Positions 21,411-31,321 of a stretch of 64,000 nt of DNA are shown one piece after another. Numbering within the stretch: position 1 is the stretch's first letter; each line of letters begins with the position of its first letter. This stretch comes from Armatimonadota bacterium (GTDB lineage Bacteria; Sysuimicrobiota; Sysuimicrobiia; Sysuimicrobiales; Humicultoraceae), in the NCBI GenBank assembly GCA_037443365.1, contig JBBIOM010000004.1:4352-68351 (forward strand), given 5' to 3'. The position numbers and the translations under genes are program-made. Below the pieces are notes generated by a model. The model was not told the DNA's origin and made no database searches. It saw nothing but the letters and a program-made list of their open reading frames with translations.

Positions 21411-22484
21411 GTGACCGAGGGTCTGCGCGTTGCGGTGATCGGCGCCACCGGCGTGGTGGGCGGCGCCATGGTCCGGGTTCTTGAGGAACGGAGGTTCCCC
21501 GCAGGAACGCTCCGGCTGTTCGCGACGGCCCGATCCGCCGGCCGAGTTGTGCTCTTTCGAGGCGAAGAGACACGAGTGGAGGAGACCAGCGAGGGCCCGC
21601 CCGAGTGCGACCTGGCCCTGTTCGCCGGAGGCGATGACGCCAGCCGACGCCTGGCGTGGGCCGTCGCGGGAGCCGGCGCGGTGGCGGTGGATAACTCGTC
21701 AACGTGGAGGATGGATCCCCGAGTCCCTCTCGTTGTTCCCGAGGTCAACGCGCACGCAGCGCATGCCCACGTGGGCGTGATCGCCAATCCGAACTGCGTC
21801 GCCGCGGCCCTGGTTGTGGCGCTGAATCCGATACATCGCGCGGCCGCGATCCGGCGCTGCATCGTGGCCACCTACCAGTCCGTCTCGGGCGGCGGCGCCG
21901 ACAACATGCGCGCGCTCCTGCGGGAGAGCCGTGGACTGCTCGAGGCTCCAGAAGCCCTGGAGACCGGAGACGCGGAGCGCATCGCGGCCGCCGCGGGGAC
22001 TCCTTCGCCAGTGGCCTTCAACATCAGGCCGCAGTGGCGGTGGGAGCCCGACGGAGAAACGGAGGAAGAGAGCAAGATCGTCGCGGAGACGCGCAAGATA
22101 ATGGCCGCCGACTTCCCGGTGAGCGTGACGGCCATGCGGGTGCCTGTCATGGTTGGGCACACGCTCGCTGTCCATCTCGATCTGAACCGGCCTACGACGC
22201 CCGAAGAGGCCCGCGCCGTCCTGCGGAGCGCACCAGGGGTGGAGGTCGTGGACGACCCCGCCTCCGATCGTGTGCCGACCCCGCTGCTGGCCGCGGGCCG
22301 CGACCCGGTCTACGTCGGGCGTCTGCGAGGCGACCGGTTCGACCCGCACATGCTGAAGATGGTGGTCTGCTCCGACAACCTGCGCAAAGGCGCCGCCCTG
22401 AACGCGGTGCAGATCGCCGAGTACCTGCTGGCCGCAGGCCTGCTGCGCGGCCGGAGCGAGAGCGCGCAGTCCCGGGGGGGATAG
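21411..22484 (+). CDS. asd: aspartate-semialdehyde dehydrogenase
   Basis: VAVIGATGVVG, an active-site NPNC, and a SDNLRKGAALNAVQIAE C-terminus. Confidence 0.9.
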   Translation: MTEGLRVAVIGATGVVGGAMVRVLEERRFPAGTLRLFATARSAGRVVLFRGEETRVEETSEGPPECDLALFAGGDDASRRLAWAVAGAGAVAVDNSSTWRMDPRVPLVVPEVNAHAAHAHVGVIANPNCVAAALVVALNPIHRAAAIRRCIVATYQSVSGGGADNMRALLRESRGLLEAPEALETGDAERIAAAAGTPSPVAFNIRPQWRWEPDGETEEESKIVAETRKIMAADFPVSVTAMRVPVMVGHTLAVHLDLNRPTTPEEARAVLRSAPGVEVVDDPASDRVPTPLLAAGRDPVYVGRLRGDRFDPHMLKMVVCSDNLRKGAALNAVQIAEYLLAAGLLRGRSESAQSRGG

Positions 22485-22486
22485 CG

Positions 22487-23413
22487 ATGGCGTACTTCGG
22501 CCACCTGATAACCGCAATGGTGACGCCATTCGACGCCGAGGGCCGGGTTGACTACTTGCGGGCCGCGGCGCTAACGAACCGCCTGATCGCGGGCGGAAAC
22601 GATGGCCTCGTGGTCGCCGGCACCACCGGGGAATCGCCGACGCTCTCCGATGAAGAGAAGGTCCGGCTCTTCGGCGTGGTGAAGGAAGCCGCCGGGACGC
22701 GCGCCAGGGTGATCGCCGGCACCGGCACATACGACACCGCGCATTCGATTCACCTTTCCAGGGAGGCCCACCGCGCCGGCGCCGATGGGCTGCTGCTGGT
22801 GAACCCGTACTACAACAGGCCGTCTCAGGATGGGCTCTACGCCCACTTCCGCGCCGTCGCCGAGAGCACGCCGCTGCCGGTGATGCTGTACAACATCCCG
22901 GGGCGCACCGGGGTGAACTGCGCGCCCGAAACGATCGCGCGTCTCGCCGAGATTCCCAACATCGTTGCCGTCAAGGAGGCCGCGGGGAGCCTCGATCAGG
23001 TTTCGGAGATCCGCGTCAGGACCCCGGAACGGTTCAAGATCTACAGCGGGGATGATAGCCTGACGCTGCCCAAGCTCGCGGTGGGCGCGACCGGAGTCGT
23101 AAGCGTTGCGGGGAACCTGACCGGTCTGGAGATCAAGGCGATGATCCGGGCCTTCCTGGCAGGGAAGGTGGCCGAAGCGTTGCGCCTGCACTGCCGCCTG
23201 TGGCCGCTGTTCAAGGTTCTGTTCATCACCACCAACCCGGTGCCGGTGAAGGCCGCCATGCGCATGGCCGGTTTCGACTGCGGGCGTGTCAGGCTCCCTC
23301 TCGTGGACGCCACGCCCAAGGAAGAGGAGCAGATCCGCGGGGTCCTGCGCGCGCTGGGGCTGATGCCAGGACAGCCCTGCGACCCGGCGGAGGGCACGTG
23401 CTCGAGCTCCTGA
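22487..23413 (+). CDS. dapA: 4-hydroxy-tetrahydrodipicolinate synthase
   Basis: ITAMVTPF, GTTGESPTLS, YNIPGRTG and AVKEA (catalytic Lys context). The start was placed by residue counting from the stop. Confidence 0.9.
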   Translation: MAYFGHLITAMVTPFDAEGRVDYLRAAALTNRLIAGGNDGLVVAGTTGESPTLSDEEKVRLFGVVKEAAGTRARVIAGTGTYDTAHSIHLSREAHRAGADGLLLVNPYYNRPSQDGLYAHFRAVAESTPLPVMLYNIPGRTGVNCAPETIARLAEIPNIVAVKEAAGSLDQVSEIRVRTPERFKIYSGDDSLTLPKLAVGATGVVSVAGNLTGLEIKAMIRAFLAGKVAEALRLHCRLWPLFKVLFITTNPVPVKAAMRMAGFDCGRVRLPLVDATPKEEEQIRGVLRALGLMPGQPCDPAEGTCSSS

Positions 23414-24204
23414 TCCTGGGTGTCGTTCAGGGGCTGACCGAGTTCCTACCGGTCAGTAGCACGGCCCACCTGCTGTTCGCCGAGCACTACCTGGGCATGC
23501 ACAGACCCGGGCTCCTGCTGGAGGGCGTGCTGCACCTGGGCACGGCTGCGGCTGCCTGCCTGCTGTTCTGGCCGGACGTGGTGCGGATCGCCCGATGCAT
23601 ACCAGGGCTCCTGCGCGCTCGCGGGCGGCCAGCAGGGCGCACTTTGGAGCCCTCCGAACGGATGACGATCGCGATCGCGGCGGCCACAGCGGTCACGGCG
23701 ATTCTGGGCCTGGCGCTGGCCAGCCCGCTGGAGCGCATGTTCGACTCGGTCCAGGCCACGGCGGCGCAGCTCCTGATCACGGGCATCATCCTGCTCCCCA
23801 GTCGCGAGCGCGGATCGCGCGGCGCCGGCGATGTAACGGCGTGCAATGGCGTGATCCTGGGTTTGGCGCAGTCCCTGGCGATCGTGCCGGGGATCTCGCG
23901 GTCAGGGGCCACCATCATCGCCGGCCTGGCGCTGGGCATGCGGCGCGCCGAGGCCGCGCGCCTCTCGTTCTTGATGTCTATTCCGGCCATCGCAGGAGCC
24001 GGCGCCTACGCGTTGAAGGACGCCACGGTGGCCGCTCGATTGGGGTATGCGCCGCTCGAACTGCTGGCCGGCGCGGTTGTTGCCTGCGTCTTCGGCGGGC
24101 TGGCCATCTTGTTGCTGGTCGACATCGTGAAGCGACAGCGCCTGATTCTCTTCAGCGCCTACTGCTGGGTGGTAGGCCTGCTGGTACTGCTGACGACGAG
24201 GTAG
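23398..24204 (+). CDS. uppP: undecaprenyl-diphosphate phosphatase
   Basis: GVVQGLTEFLPVSSTAHL and PGISRSGATI motifs; multi-TM protein. Confidence 0.9.
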   Translation: MLELLILGVVQGLTEFLPVSSTAHLLFAEHYLGMHRPGLLLEGVLHLGTAAAACLLFWPDVVRIARCIPGLLRARGRPAGRTLEPSERMTIAIAAATAVTAILGLALASPLERMFDSVQATAAQLLITGIILLPSRERGSRGAGDVTACNGVILGLAQSLAIVPGISRSGATIIAGLALGMRRAEAARLSFLMSIPAIAGAGAYALKDATVAARLGYAPLELLAGAVVACVFGGLAILLLVDIVKRQRLILFSAYCWVVGLLVLLTTR

Positions 24205-24208
24205 ACGC

Positions 24209-26461
24209 ATGGCCAGGCGACGGCAGCCGCGCCCTCCCTCACACAACCGCCCGGTGGCTGCCGGGTGGATCCTCGTGTTGGTCGCGCTCGTGCTCGGTCT
24301 GGCGTTTCTCCCGGGTGCGACCGGCATCCCCGCGGTGTTGGCCCGGTGGCAACGCCTCCTCCTTGGGACGGCGGCCGTGGCGCTGCCGGTCTACACCCTT
24401 GTTGCCGGGCTGATCCTGATGGCCGCGGGCGAACGCGCCCGCCTGAGCAGGAGGATCGGCGGGTTCCTCTTGGGATCAGTGACGGCACTGCTGGCGCTGC
24501 ACGCGCGATCCGCCGGGGCGGACCTATGGAGCGACGGGCTGGCGGGAAAGGGTGGCGGTGCAATCGCCGGGGGTCTCACGTGGATCCTGGCGCGAGGGTT
24601 GGGGCCCACCGGGATGCGGGTGGCCATTGGCGTCCTTGCGGTGGTAAGCCTTGGAATGCTGACCGGCCTGACGCTCGCTTCCGCCGGGGCCGGGCTGCGT
24701 GCCGCCGCGCGCGGGGCGGTGCTCATTGGGCGCGTGATGCTCCGCCTGGGCGCGCGCCTGGTCCGTGTCGTGGCCCTCGCGTTGCGCGATGCCTGGGCCT
24801 CGATTCGGGCCCGCCTCCGCCTGCATGTGGCGCGCCGAGCCGCCAGGCCTGCGCCGCCTCCTCCTGCGGCGCCGGTCGAACCCGCACCCGCGCACGAGGC
24901 GCCGTCCCGGCTGGCCCCGGCCGAACCGGAAGGCGCTCCGGCGGCCGCGCTCGATGCGCAGGCCAAAGCCAGACCTCGCCCCAGGCCCGCGAAGCCCCTG
25001 GAACAGATCCAGCAGGAGCGGCTCGACTTCGCGGCGGTCGAGTACCGCCTGCCACCTGTCTCCATGGTCGGCGAGGGCGCGGCGGCCAGGGCGCGCGGCC
25101 GTGTGGACCCGGCCGACACGGCCAGGGCACTGGAGCAGACGCTCGAGAGCTTCGGGGTGCGCGCGCGCGTCGTGCACTGGGAAGTTGGGCCGGTGGTGAC
25201 GCGCTACGAGGTTCAGCCGGAGCCCGGGGTCAAGGTGCAGAGGATCACCAGCCTCACCAACGACATCGCCCTCAATCTGGCCGCCCAGAGCGTCCGGATC
25301 GAGGCGCCGATCCCGGGCAAGTCGGCGATCGGGATCGAGCTGCCCAATCAGAAGGCCAGCATGGTGCACCTGCGCGAGATACTGGGAGCCGAGATCTTCC
25401 AGAAGGCCACCTCGCCGCTGGTCGTCGGGGTGGGCAAGGATATCGCCGGGCATCCCATCGTCGCGGACCTTGCCGAGATGCCCCACCTGCTCATCGCCGG
25501 GGCAACCGGGTCAGGGAAATCGGTGGCCCTGAACGCGATGATCGCCAGCCTGCTGTTCCGCTGTACCCCCCGCCAGGTGCGCTTCGTCATGATTGACCCC
25601 AAGCGCGTGGAGCTCACGGACTACAACGCGATCCCCCATCTCCTGACACCCGTGGTCACGAACCCGCGCCAGGCAGCCAGCGTGCTCAAGGACATGCTGA
25701 GAGTAATGGAGCAGCGTTTCGAGATGTTCGCCTCGGCGGGCGTGCGCAACATCCAGGGCTACAACCAGCTCGCCGACGTCGAGCCCCTGTACTACATCGT
25801 CATCATCGTGGACGAGCTGGCCGACTTGATGATGGTGGCTCCGGCCGACTTCGAGGACATCATCTGCCGCCTGGCCCAGATGACCCGGGCCACCGGCATC
25901 CACATGGTGGTGGCGACGCAGCGGCCCTCGGTGGACGTGATAACCGGGCTGATCAAGGCGAACATCCCGTCGCGCCTGGCGTTCGCGGTCTCCAGCCAGG
26001 TGGACAGTCGGACGATACTGGACGGCCCGGGAGCCGAGAAGCTGCTGGGCCGGGGCGACATGCTCTTCATGCCGCTGGGCGTCTCACGGGCGATCCGCGC
26101 CCAGGGCGCCTACATCGCCGACGACGAGATACGCACGCTCGTTGGGTGGTGGCACGAGCAGGGCTCGCCGGTCTACGACACGGCGTTGATCGAGGCGCAG
26201 GAGTCCGCGGCCATCGAGGAGTCGGCCGACGGGGAACGGCTCGTAGAGGCCGCCCGCCTGGTTGTGCGAACAGGGTACGGCTCGGTCTCCCTGCTTCAGA
26301 GGAAGATGCGCATCGGTTACGTGACGGCGGCCCGGCTCGTGGACGAGCTGGAGGCCCGCGGGATCGTGGGGCCTGTGCAGGGGAGCAACCCCCGCGACGT
26401 CCTCGTGGGCCTCGATGACCTCGACCGCCTGCTTCGCAAGAAGACTCCCCCGGCCCCGTAG
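24209..26461 (+). CDS. ftsK: DNA translocase FtsK/SpoIIIE
   Basis: N-terminal TM segments, a Pro/Ala linker, the motor domain (LLIAGATGSGKSVALN, IVDELADLMM, ATQRPSVDV) and a gamma domain (LLQRKMRIGYVTAARLVDELE). Confidence 0.9.
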   Translation: MARRRQPRPPSHNRPVAAGWILVLVALVLGLAFLPGATGIPAVLARWQRLLLGTAAVALPVYTLVAGLILMAAGERARLSRRIGGFLLGSVTALLALHARSAGADLWSDGLAGKGGGAIAGGLTWILARGLGPTGMRVAIGVLAVVSLGMLTGLTLASAGAGLRAAARGAVLIGRVMLRLGARLVRVVALALRDAWASIRARLRLHVARRAARPAPPPPAAPVEPAPAHEAPSRLAPAEPEGAPAAALDAQAKARPRPRPAKPLEQIQQERLDFAAVEYRLPPVSMVGEGAAARARGRVDPADTARALEQTLESFGVRARVVHWEVGPVVTRYEVQPEPGVKVQRITSLTNDIALNLAAQSVRIEAPIPGKSAIGIELPNQKASMVHLREILGAEIFQKATSPLVVGVGKDIAGHPIVADLAEMPHLLIAGATGSGKSVALNAMIASLLFRCTPRQVRFVMIDPKRVELTDYNAIPHLLTPVVTNPRQAASVLKDMLRVMEQRFEMFASAGVRNIQGYNQLADVEPLYYIVIIVDELADLMMVAPADFEDIICRLAQMTRATGIHMVVATQRPSVDVITGLIKANIPSRLAFAVSSQVDSRTILDGPGAEKLLGRGDMLFMPLGVSRAIRAQGAYIADDEIRTLVGWWHEQGSPVYDTALIEAQESAAIEESADGERLVEAARLVVRTGYGSVSLLQRKMRIGYVTAARLVDELEARGIVGPVQGSNPRDVLVGLDDLDRLLRKKTPPAP

Positions 26462-26547
26462 CCGGGGAGCGCCCGAGGGCAGGCAGAGGACTCCCACCGG
26501 TTAGCCCAGAAGCACCACACGCACGCCAGGCAGCAGGTGAGAGAGGG

Positions 26548-27624
26548 GTGGTTGGGATGAGGCAGGTCGCGGTGCGCGCCGTGACGATCGTGCTCGTGAC
26601 GCTCGCGTTGCTGGTTTGGTCGGTGGGCCCTTCGGTCGCGCAGGCACAGGCCCCCAAGAAACTGCTCATAGGAATGGTCTATGACGTGGGGGGGAGGGGC
26701 GACCTGTCCTTCAACGACATGGCCTACGCAGGGCTGTCGCGCGCGCAGAAGGAGTTCGGGGCCAGGGTCCAGACCAAGGACCTGGAGCCCGCCGCCGGCG
26801 GCGAGAACCGGGAAGAGCTGCTGCGCCTCCTGGCCGGTGAGAAGTACGACCTGATATTCGGCATCGGGTTCCTTTTCACCGACAGCATCACCCGGGTTGC
26901 CAAGGCGTTCCCGGGCGTGAAGTTCGGCATCGTGGACGGGTTCATCGACAAGGAACCCAACGTGGCCAGCCTGCTGTTCAATGAGCACGAGGGCTCGTTC
27001 CTGGTGGGCGCCGCCGCGGCGCTCAAGTCCAAGACGGGCAAGATCGGGTTCGTCGGCGGCATGAAGATCCCCCTGATCGAGAAGTTCGAGGCGGGCTACA
27101 TCGCGGGAGCGAAGTACGTCAAGCCAGCCATCCAGGTCTTCTCCGACTACGCCGGGACGACCGGCGAGGCGTTCCGAGATCCGGTCAAGGGGAAGGAACT
27201 CGCAACAGCCCAGTACGACCGCGGCGCGGACATCATCTACCACGCGTCGGGCGGCACCGGGATCGGCGTCTTCGAGGCGGCGGCGGCGAAGAAGAAGTGG
27301 GCGATTGGCGTGGACGCCGACCAGTCCCTGACGGTCAAGCCCGATCAGCGCGCCCGCATCCTCACCAGCATGATGAAGCGCGTGGACGTGGCGGTCTTCT
27401 CCACGATCAAGGCCATCGTGGGCGGCACCTACAAGGCGGGTGTCCAGTCCTTCGGGTTGAAGCAAGGCGGCGTGGGCTACGCCGTCAACGACTACAACCG
27501 CGAGATGGTGAAGGACATCGTGCCGCGGCTGGAAGCCCTCAAGAAGGACATCGTGGCCGGCAAGATCAAGGTCCCGAGCGACAAGACGCAGCTGGAGGCG
27601 TTCCTGAAGGGAATCAAGCGTTAG
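26548..27624 (+). CDS. BMP-family (PnrA/Med-like) ABC transporter substrate-binding protein
   Basis: Signal peptide, then GMVYDVGGRGDLSFND and FVGGMKIPLI motifs, followed by ABC ATPase and permease genes. Confidence 0.8.
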   Translation: MVGMRQVAVRAVTIVLVTLALLVWSVGPSVAQAQAPKKLLIGMVYDVGGRGDLSFNDMAYAGLSRAQKEFGARVQTKDLEPAAGGENREELLRLLAGEKYDLIFGIGFLFTDSITRVAKAFPGVKFGIVDGFIDKEPNVASLLFNEHEGSFLVGAAAALKSKTGKIGFVGGMKIPLIEKFEAGYIAGAKYVKPAIQVFSDYAGTTGEAFRDPVKGKELATAQYDRGADIIYHASGGTGIGVFEAAAAKKKWAIGVDADQSLTVKPDQRARILTSMMKRVDVAVFSTIKAIVGGTYKAGVQSFGLKQGGVGYAVNDYNREMVKDIVPRLEALKKDIVAGKIKVPSDKTQLEAFLKGIKR

Positions 27625-27631
27625 GTCCGTC

Positions 27632-27660
27632 GCGGGGGCGGCGCCCGGCGCCGCCCCCGC
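27632..27660 (+). other. perfect 12-bp GC hairpin between the binding-protein gene and the ATPase gene
   Basis: GCGGGGGCGGCG (27632-27643), loop CCCGG, CGCCGCCCCCGC (27649-27660). Only TT follows, so this is not a classical terminator. Confidence 0.6.
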
Positions 27661-27667
27661 TTCACAG

Positions 27668-29194
27668 ATGTCCGCCGTAATCGAGCTCACGCAGATCACC
27701 AAGCGCTTCCCCGGCGTGCTGGCCAACGACCGCATCTCGCTGGCCGTATCTCCCGGCGAGATCCACGCTCTCGTGGGTGAAAACGGCGCGGGCAAATCCA
27801 CCCTCATGAAGATACTCTACGGGCTCTATGAGCCCGACGAGGGATGGATAGCGATCCGTGGGAACCGTGTGACCCTCGACAGCCCCAGCCGCGCCATCAC
27901 CGTCGGAATCGGGATGGTGCACCAGCACTTCATGCTCATCCCGCGCTTCACCGTGGCCGAGAACGTGATTCTGGGATCCGAGCCGGCCCGGGCCGGCCGG
28001 TTGTCCATGAGTGAGGCGCGCAGGCGGATCCGTGCTCTCGCCGACCAGTACGGCCTGGCCGTTGATCCGGACGCGGAGGTCGGCGCCCTGTCGGTGGGAG
28101 AGCAGCAGCGCGTGGAGATCATAAAGGTGCTCTACCGGGGCGCCGAGGTGCTAATCCTGGATGAGCCCACCGCGGTGTTGACGCCCCAAGAGGTCGACGA
28201 CCTCTTCGCCAACCTTCGGCGCCTGCGCGCCGAGGGCAAGACGATCCTGTTCATCAGCCACATCCTGGAGGAGGTTCTGGACATCGCGGATCGCATCTCC
28301 GTGCTGCGGCGTGGTCGCGTCGTCGGAACGCTCGAGGCGGCGCGCGCGACCAAGGCGCAGATCGCCGAGATGATGGTGGGGCGTCCGGTACTGATGGAAC
28401 TCGATGTGCCCCCGGCCAGACCCGGGCCTGTGCGGCTCGAGGCAGCAGACCTTGTGGTGCCAGGGTCCCGAGGCAGGATGGCGGTGCGCGGCCTGTCGTT
28501 CCAGGTCAGGGAGGGTGAGATCCTGGGCATCGCCGGGATAGAGGGGAACGGGCAGAGCGAGCTGGTTGAGGCGCTCGTGGGATTGCGGGCCCCGTCGGGG
28601 GGACGGCTGCGGATCATGGGCGAGGACATGACTCAGGCAGGGCCGCGCTCGATCAGGATGATAGGCGTGGCCCACATACCCGAGGACAGGCACCGACGCG
28701 GCCTGGTCCTGCCCATGGAGGTGTGGGAGAACCTGATCCTGGGACACCACTTCCGGCCGGAGTTCGGGGAAGGGATGCTGCTGGATCGCGGCGCGATCGA
28801 GGGCTTCGCACGCGAGCGCGTGGATCGGTTCGATGTGCGCACACCCTCGCTTCGAACCCTGGCGCTGGCACTCTCAGGGGGCAACCAGCAGAAGGTGATC
28901 GTGGCGCGCGAGTTCGGTTTCGCACCGTCTGTGCTGATCGCCGCCCAGCCCACGCGGGGCCTCGACATAGGCGCCACCGAGTTCGTGCGGCGCCAGATCC
29001 TCGCGGCCCGTGAGGCCGGGATGGCCGTGGTCCTGGTCTCGGCGATGCTGGAGGAGGTGCTCTCGCTGGCCGACCGCGTGGCGGTCATGCACGCGGGGGA
29101 GATCGTGGCCGAGTTCGCCCGGGGCGCGGCGACACCGCGCGAGATCGGCCTCTACATGACCGGCGCCCGGCGCACCCAGGAAGTGCCCGCGTGA
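27668..29194 (+). CDS. ABC transporter ATP-binding protein with two ATPase domains (sugar/nucleoside type)
   Basis: Walker A GENGAGKST, the signature sequences LSVGEQQR and LSGGNQQK, and ILDEPT. Confidence 0.9.
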   Translation: MSAVIELTQITKRFPGVLANDRISLAVSPGEIHALVGENGAGKSTLMKILYGLYEPDEGWIAIRGNRVTLDSPSRAITVGIGMVHQHFMLIPRFTVAENVILGSEPARAGRLSMSEARRRIRALADQYGLAVDPDAEVGALSVGEQQRVEIIKVLYRGAEVLILDEPTAVLTPQEVDDLFANLRRLRAEGKTILFISHILEEVLDIADRISVLRRGRVVGTLEAARATKAQIAEMMVGRPVLMELDVPPARPGPVRLEAADLVVPGSRGRMAVRGLSFQVREGEILGIAGIEGNGQSELVEALVGLRAPSGGRLRIMGEDMTQAGPRSIRMIGVAHIPEDRHRRGLVLPMEVWENLILGHHFRPEFGEGMLLDRGAIEGFARERVDRFDVRTPSLRTLALALSGGNQQKVIVAREFGFAPSVLIAAQPTRGLDIGATEFVRRQILAAREAGMAVVLVSAMLEEVLSLADRVAVMHAGEIVAEFARGAATPREIGLYMTGARRTQEVPA

Positions 29195-30333
29195 GCGCGC
29201 AGGTTCGCCTGGGACTGCTGCAGGCCGCCGCCCCACTGCTGGCGATCGCGTTTGGCGCGCTGGTCGCCTCGGGGATAATCCTGGCGATCGGCGAAGACCC
29301 GCTCGAAGTCTATGCCCTGATGCTGCGATTCAACCTGACCCGGTCTGACAGCGTGGCCGCGATCCTCTTCAAGGCGACCGCGCTGACATTCGCGGGCCTG
29401 GCCGTGGCCCTCGCGTTTCGCGCCAACCTGTGGAACATCGGGGTGGAGGGGCAGTACGCGGTGGGAGCGTTCGCGGCGGCGCTGGTGGCGTTTGGGGTTA
29501 ACGGGCTGCCCGCCTTCATCCATCTTCCCCTGGCGATCCTGGCCGGCGTGGCGGGAGGGGCGATCTGGGCGCTGCTTCCAATCGTGCTGAAGCTCAGGCG
29601 CGGCGCGCACGAGGTCATCACCACGATCATGATGAACCACATTGCCGCGGCGCTGGTGCTGTACCTGCTCGCCGACGTCTTCCGCGACCCGACGCAGGCG
29701 GGCACGCCGCGCGTGCGCACCCCCCTGTTCCTTGACAGCGCCCGGATACCTCCGCTGCGGCCGTTGCTACAGCAGTTCGGGATAGGAATTCCTGAGCACT
29801 CGGCGCTCAACTGGTTCCTGGTGCTGGCGGTGGTGCTGTGCCTGGCCGCGGCATATCTGCTTGCGCGCACCCGCTTCGGGTACGAGGTCCGCGCCGTGGC
29901 GCTCAACCCGCACGCGGCCGAGGCCGCCGGGGTACGCATCGCGCGCACCCAGTTCCTGATGTTCCTGGCAAGCGGCGCAACGGCCGGGCTTGTGGGGCTC
30001 TCCGACATACTCGGGTTCTTCGGGTACTTCGACATCGACTTCCCGAAGGGGCTTGGCTTTCTGGGGATCTCCGTGGCACTGCTGGCCAGAAACAACCCGA
30101 TGGGAGTCGTCCCTGCGGCGCTGCTGCTGGGCTTCCTCGACCGCGGCGCGCAGGGAGTCCAGGTGTTCGCGGGGGTCCCGCGCGAGGTAATCACGATCCT
30201 GCAGGCCGTGATCATCCTGGCGATTGTAGTGGGGTACGAGTTGGTGACGCGTTACGTCCGCGCGCAGCGCAAGCGCGAGGCGGAGCGTGCGGTGGCCGCG
30301 CCGTCCGACGCGGTCATGCAGGAGGGGGGATAG
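29191..30333 (+). CDS. ABC transporter permease
   Basis: Multi-TM protein, GTGA overlap with the ATPase gene, in the BMP operon. Confidence 0.8.
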   Translation: MSAQVRLGLLQAAAPLLAIAFGALVASGIILAIGEDPLEVYALMLRFNLTRSDSVAAILFKATALTFAGLAVALAFRANLWNIGVEGQYAVGAFAAALVAFGVNGLPAFIHLPLAILAGVAGGAIWALLPIVLKLRRGAHEVITTIMMNHIAAALVLYLLADVFRDPTQAGTPRVRTPLFLDSARIPPLRPLLQQFGIGIPEHSALNWFLVLAVVLCLAAAYLLARTRFGYEVRAVALNPHAAEAAGVRIARTQFLMFLASGATAGLVGLSDILGFFGYFDIDFPKGLGFLGISVALLARNNPMGVVPAALLLGFLDRGAQGVQVFAGVPREVITILQAVIILAIVVGYELVTRYVRAQRKREAERAVAAPSDAVMQEGG

Positions 30334-30336
30334 GCC

Positions 30337-31317
30337 GTGGAGCTGGTGGCAGCCCTCTTCAACATGGCGCTGCTGGCGTCCGCGGTCCGGCTGACAGTGC
30401 CCATACTGCTCACCGCGATGGGCGCCGTCTACTCTGAGCGCGGCGGCGTCGTGAACATCGGTCTGGAAGGCATCATGATAATGGGCACGTTCGTAGGTGC
30501 CTCGGTAACCCACGTGGTCGCGGTGTCCATCCCGGCGGCCGGGGCAGAGGCCGGCGCGGCGCAGGCGCTCGCCCCGCTGGCGGGCATGCTGGCGGCAATG
30601 GCCGCCGGCGTGGCGTTCTCGCTGATACACGCCGTTGTCGCCGTGACGTTCAGGGTGGACCAGATCATAAGCGGCGTGGTGCTGAACATGCTCGCGGTCG
30701 GGCTGGCGCGGTTCCTGAACATCCTGATCTTCGGCGTGGCCACGCAGTCGCCCGGCATCAGCGGGTTTGAGCCCGTCAGCGTACCCTTGCTGCGCGAGGT
30801 GCCGGCCCTGGCGCCGCTTGCCACCGGCATCTCGCCGGTAATCCCGCTGGCGCTGGTACTGCTGGTGCTGGGCCAGTGGGTGCTGCTGCGGACCGTCTTT
30901 GGGCTGCGCCTGCGATCCGTGGGCGAACACCCTCTGGCCGCGGACACCCTCGGGATCAACGTGGCGGTGATGCGATACGCGGGGGTGCTGATCAGCGGCG
31001 CCCTGGCCGGGCTGGCGGGCGGGTACCTCTCCATCGAACAGGGCCGGGGCTACCTGGAGGGGATGACCCAGGGGCGTGGCTTCATCGCCCTGGCCGCCAT
31101 GATCTTCGGCAACTGGTGGCCGCTTGGGGCGCTGGGCGCCTCCGCGCTCTTCGGGTACTTCGACGCGCTCAGTCTGCGTGTGGTGCACACGGGGGTGCCC
31201 TACCAGTTCATCACGGTGCTGCCGCACATCGCCACCATCCTGGTGCTCGCCGGCTTCATGCGGCGGGCCGTGCCGCCGGCCGCGGACGGAATCCCGTACA
31301 CCAAGGAAGAGGCGTAG
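30337..31317 (+). CDS. ABC transporter permease
   Basis: Multi-TM protein; second permease of the same operon. Confidence 0.8.
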   Translation: MELVAALFNMALLASAVRLTVPILLTAMGAVYSERGGVVNIGLEGIMIMGTFVGASVTHVVAVSIPAAGAEAGAAQALAPLAGMLAAMAAGVAFSLIHAVVAVTFRVDQIISGVVLNMLAVGLARFLNILIFGVATQSPGISGFEPVSVPLLREVPALAPLATGISPVIPLALVLLVLGQWVLLRTVFGLRLRSVGEHPLAADTLGINVAVMRYAGVLISGALAGLAGGYLSIEQGRGYLEGMTQGRGFIALAAMIFGNWWPLGALGASALFGYFDALSLRVVHTGVPYQFITVLPHIATILVLAGFMRRAVPPAADGIPYTKEEA

Positions 31318-31321
31318 GGGC

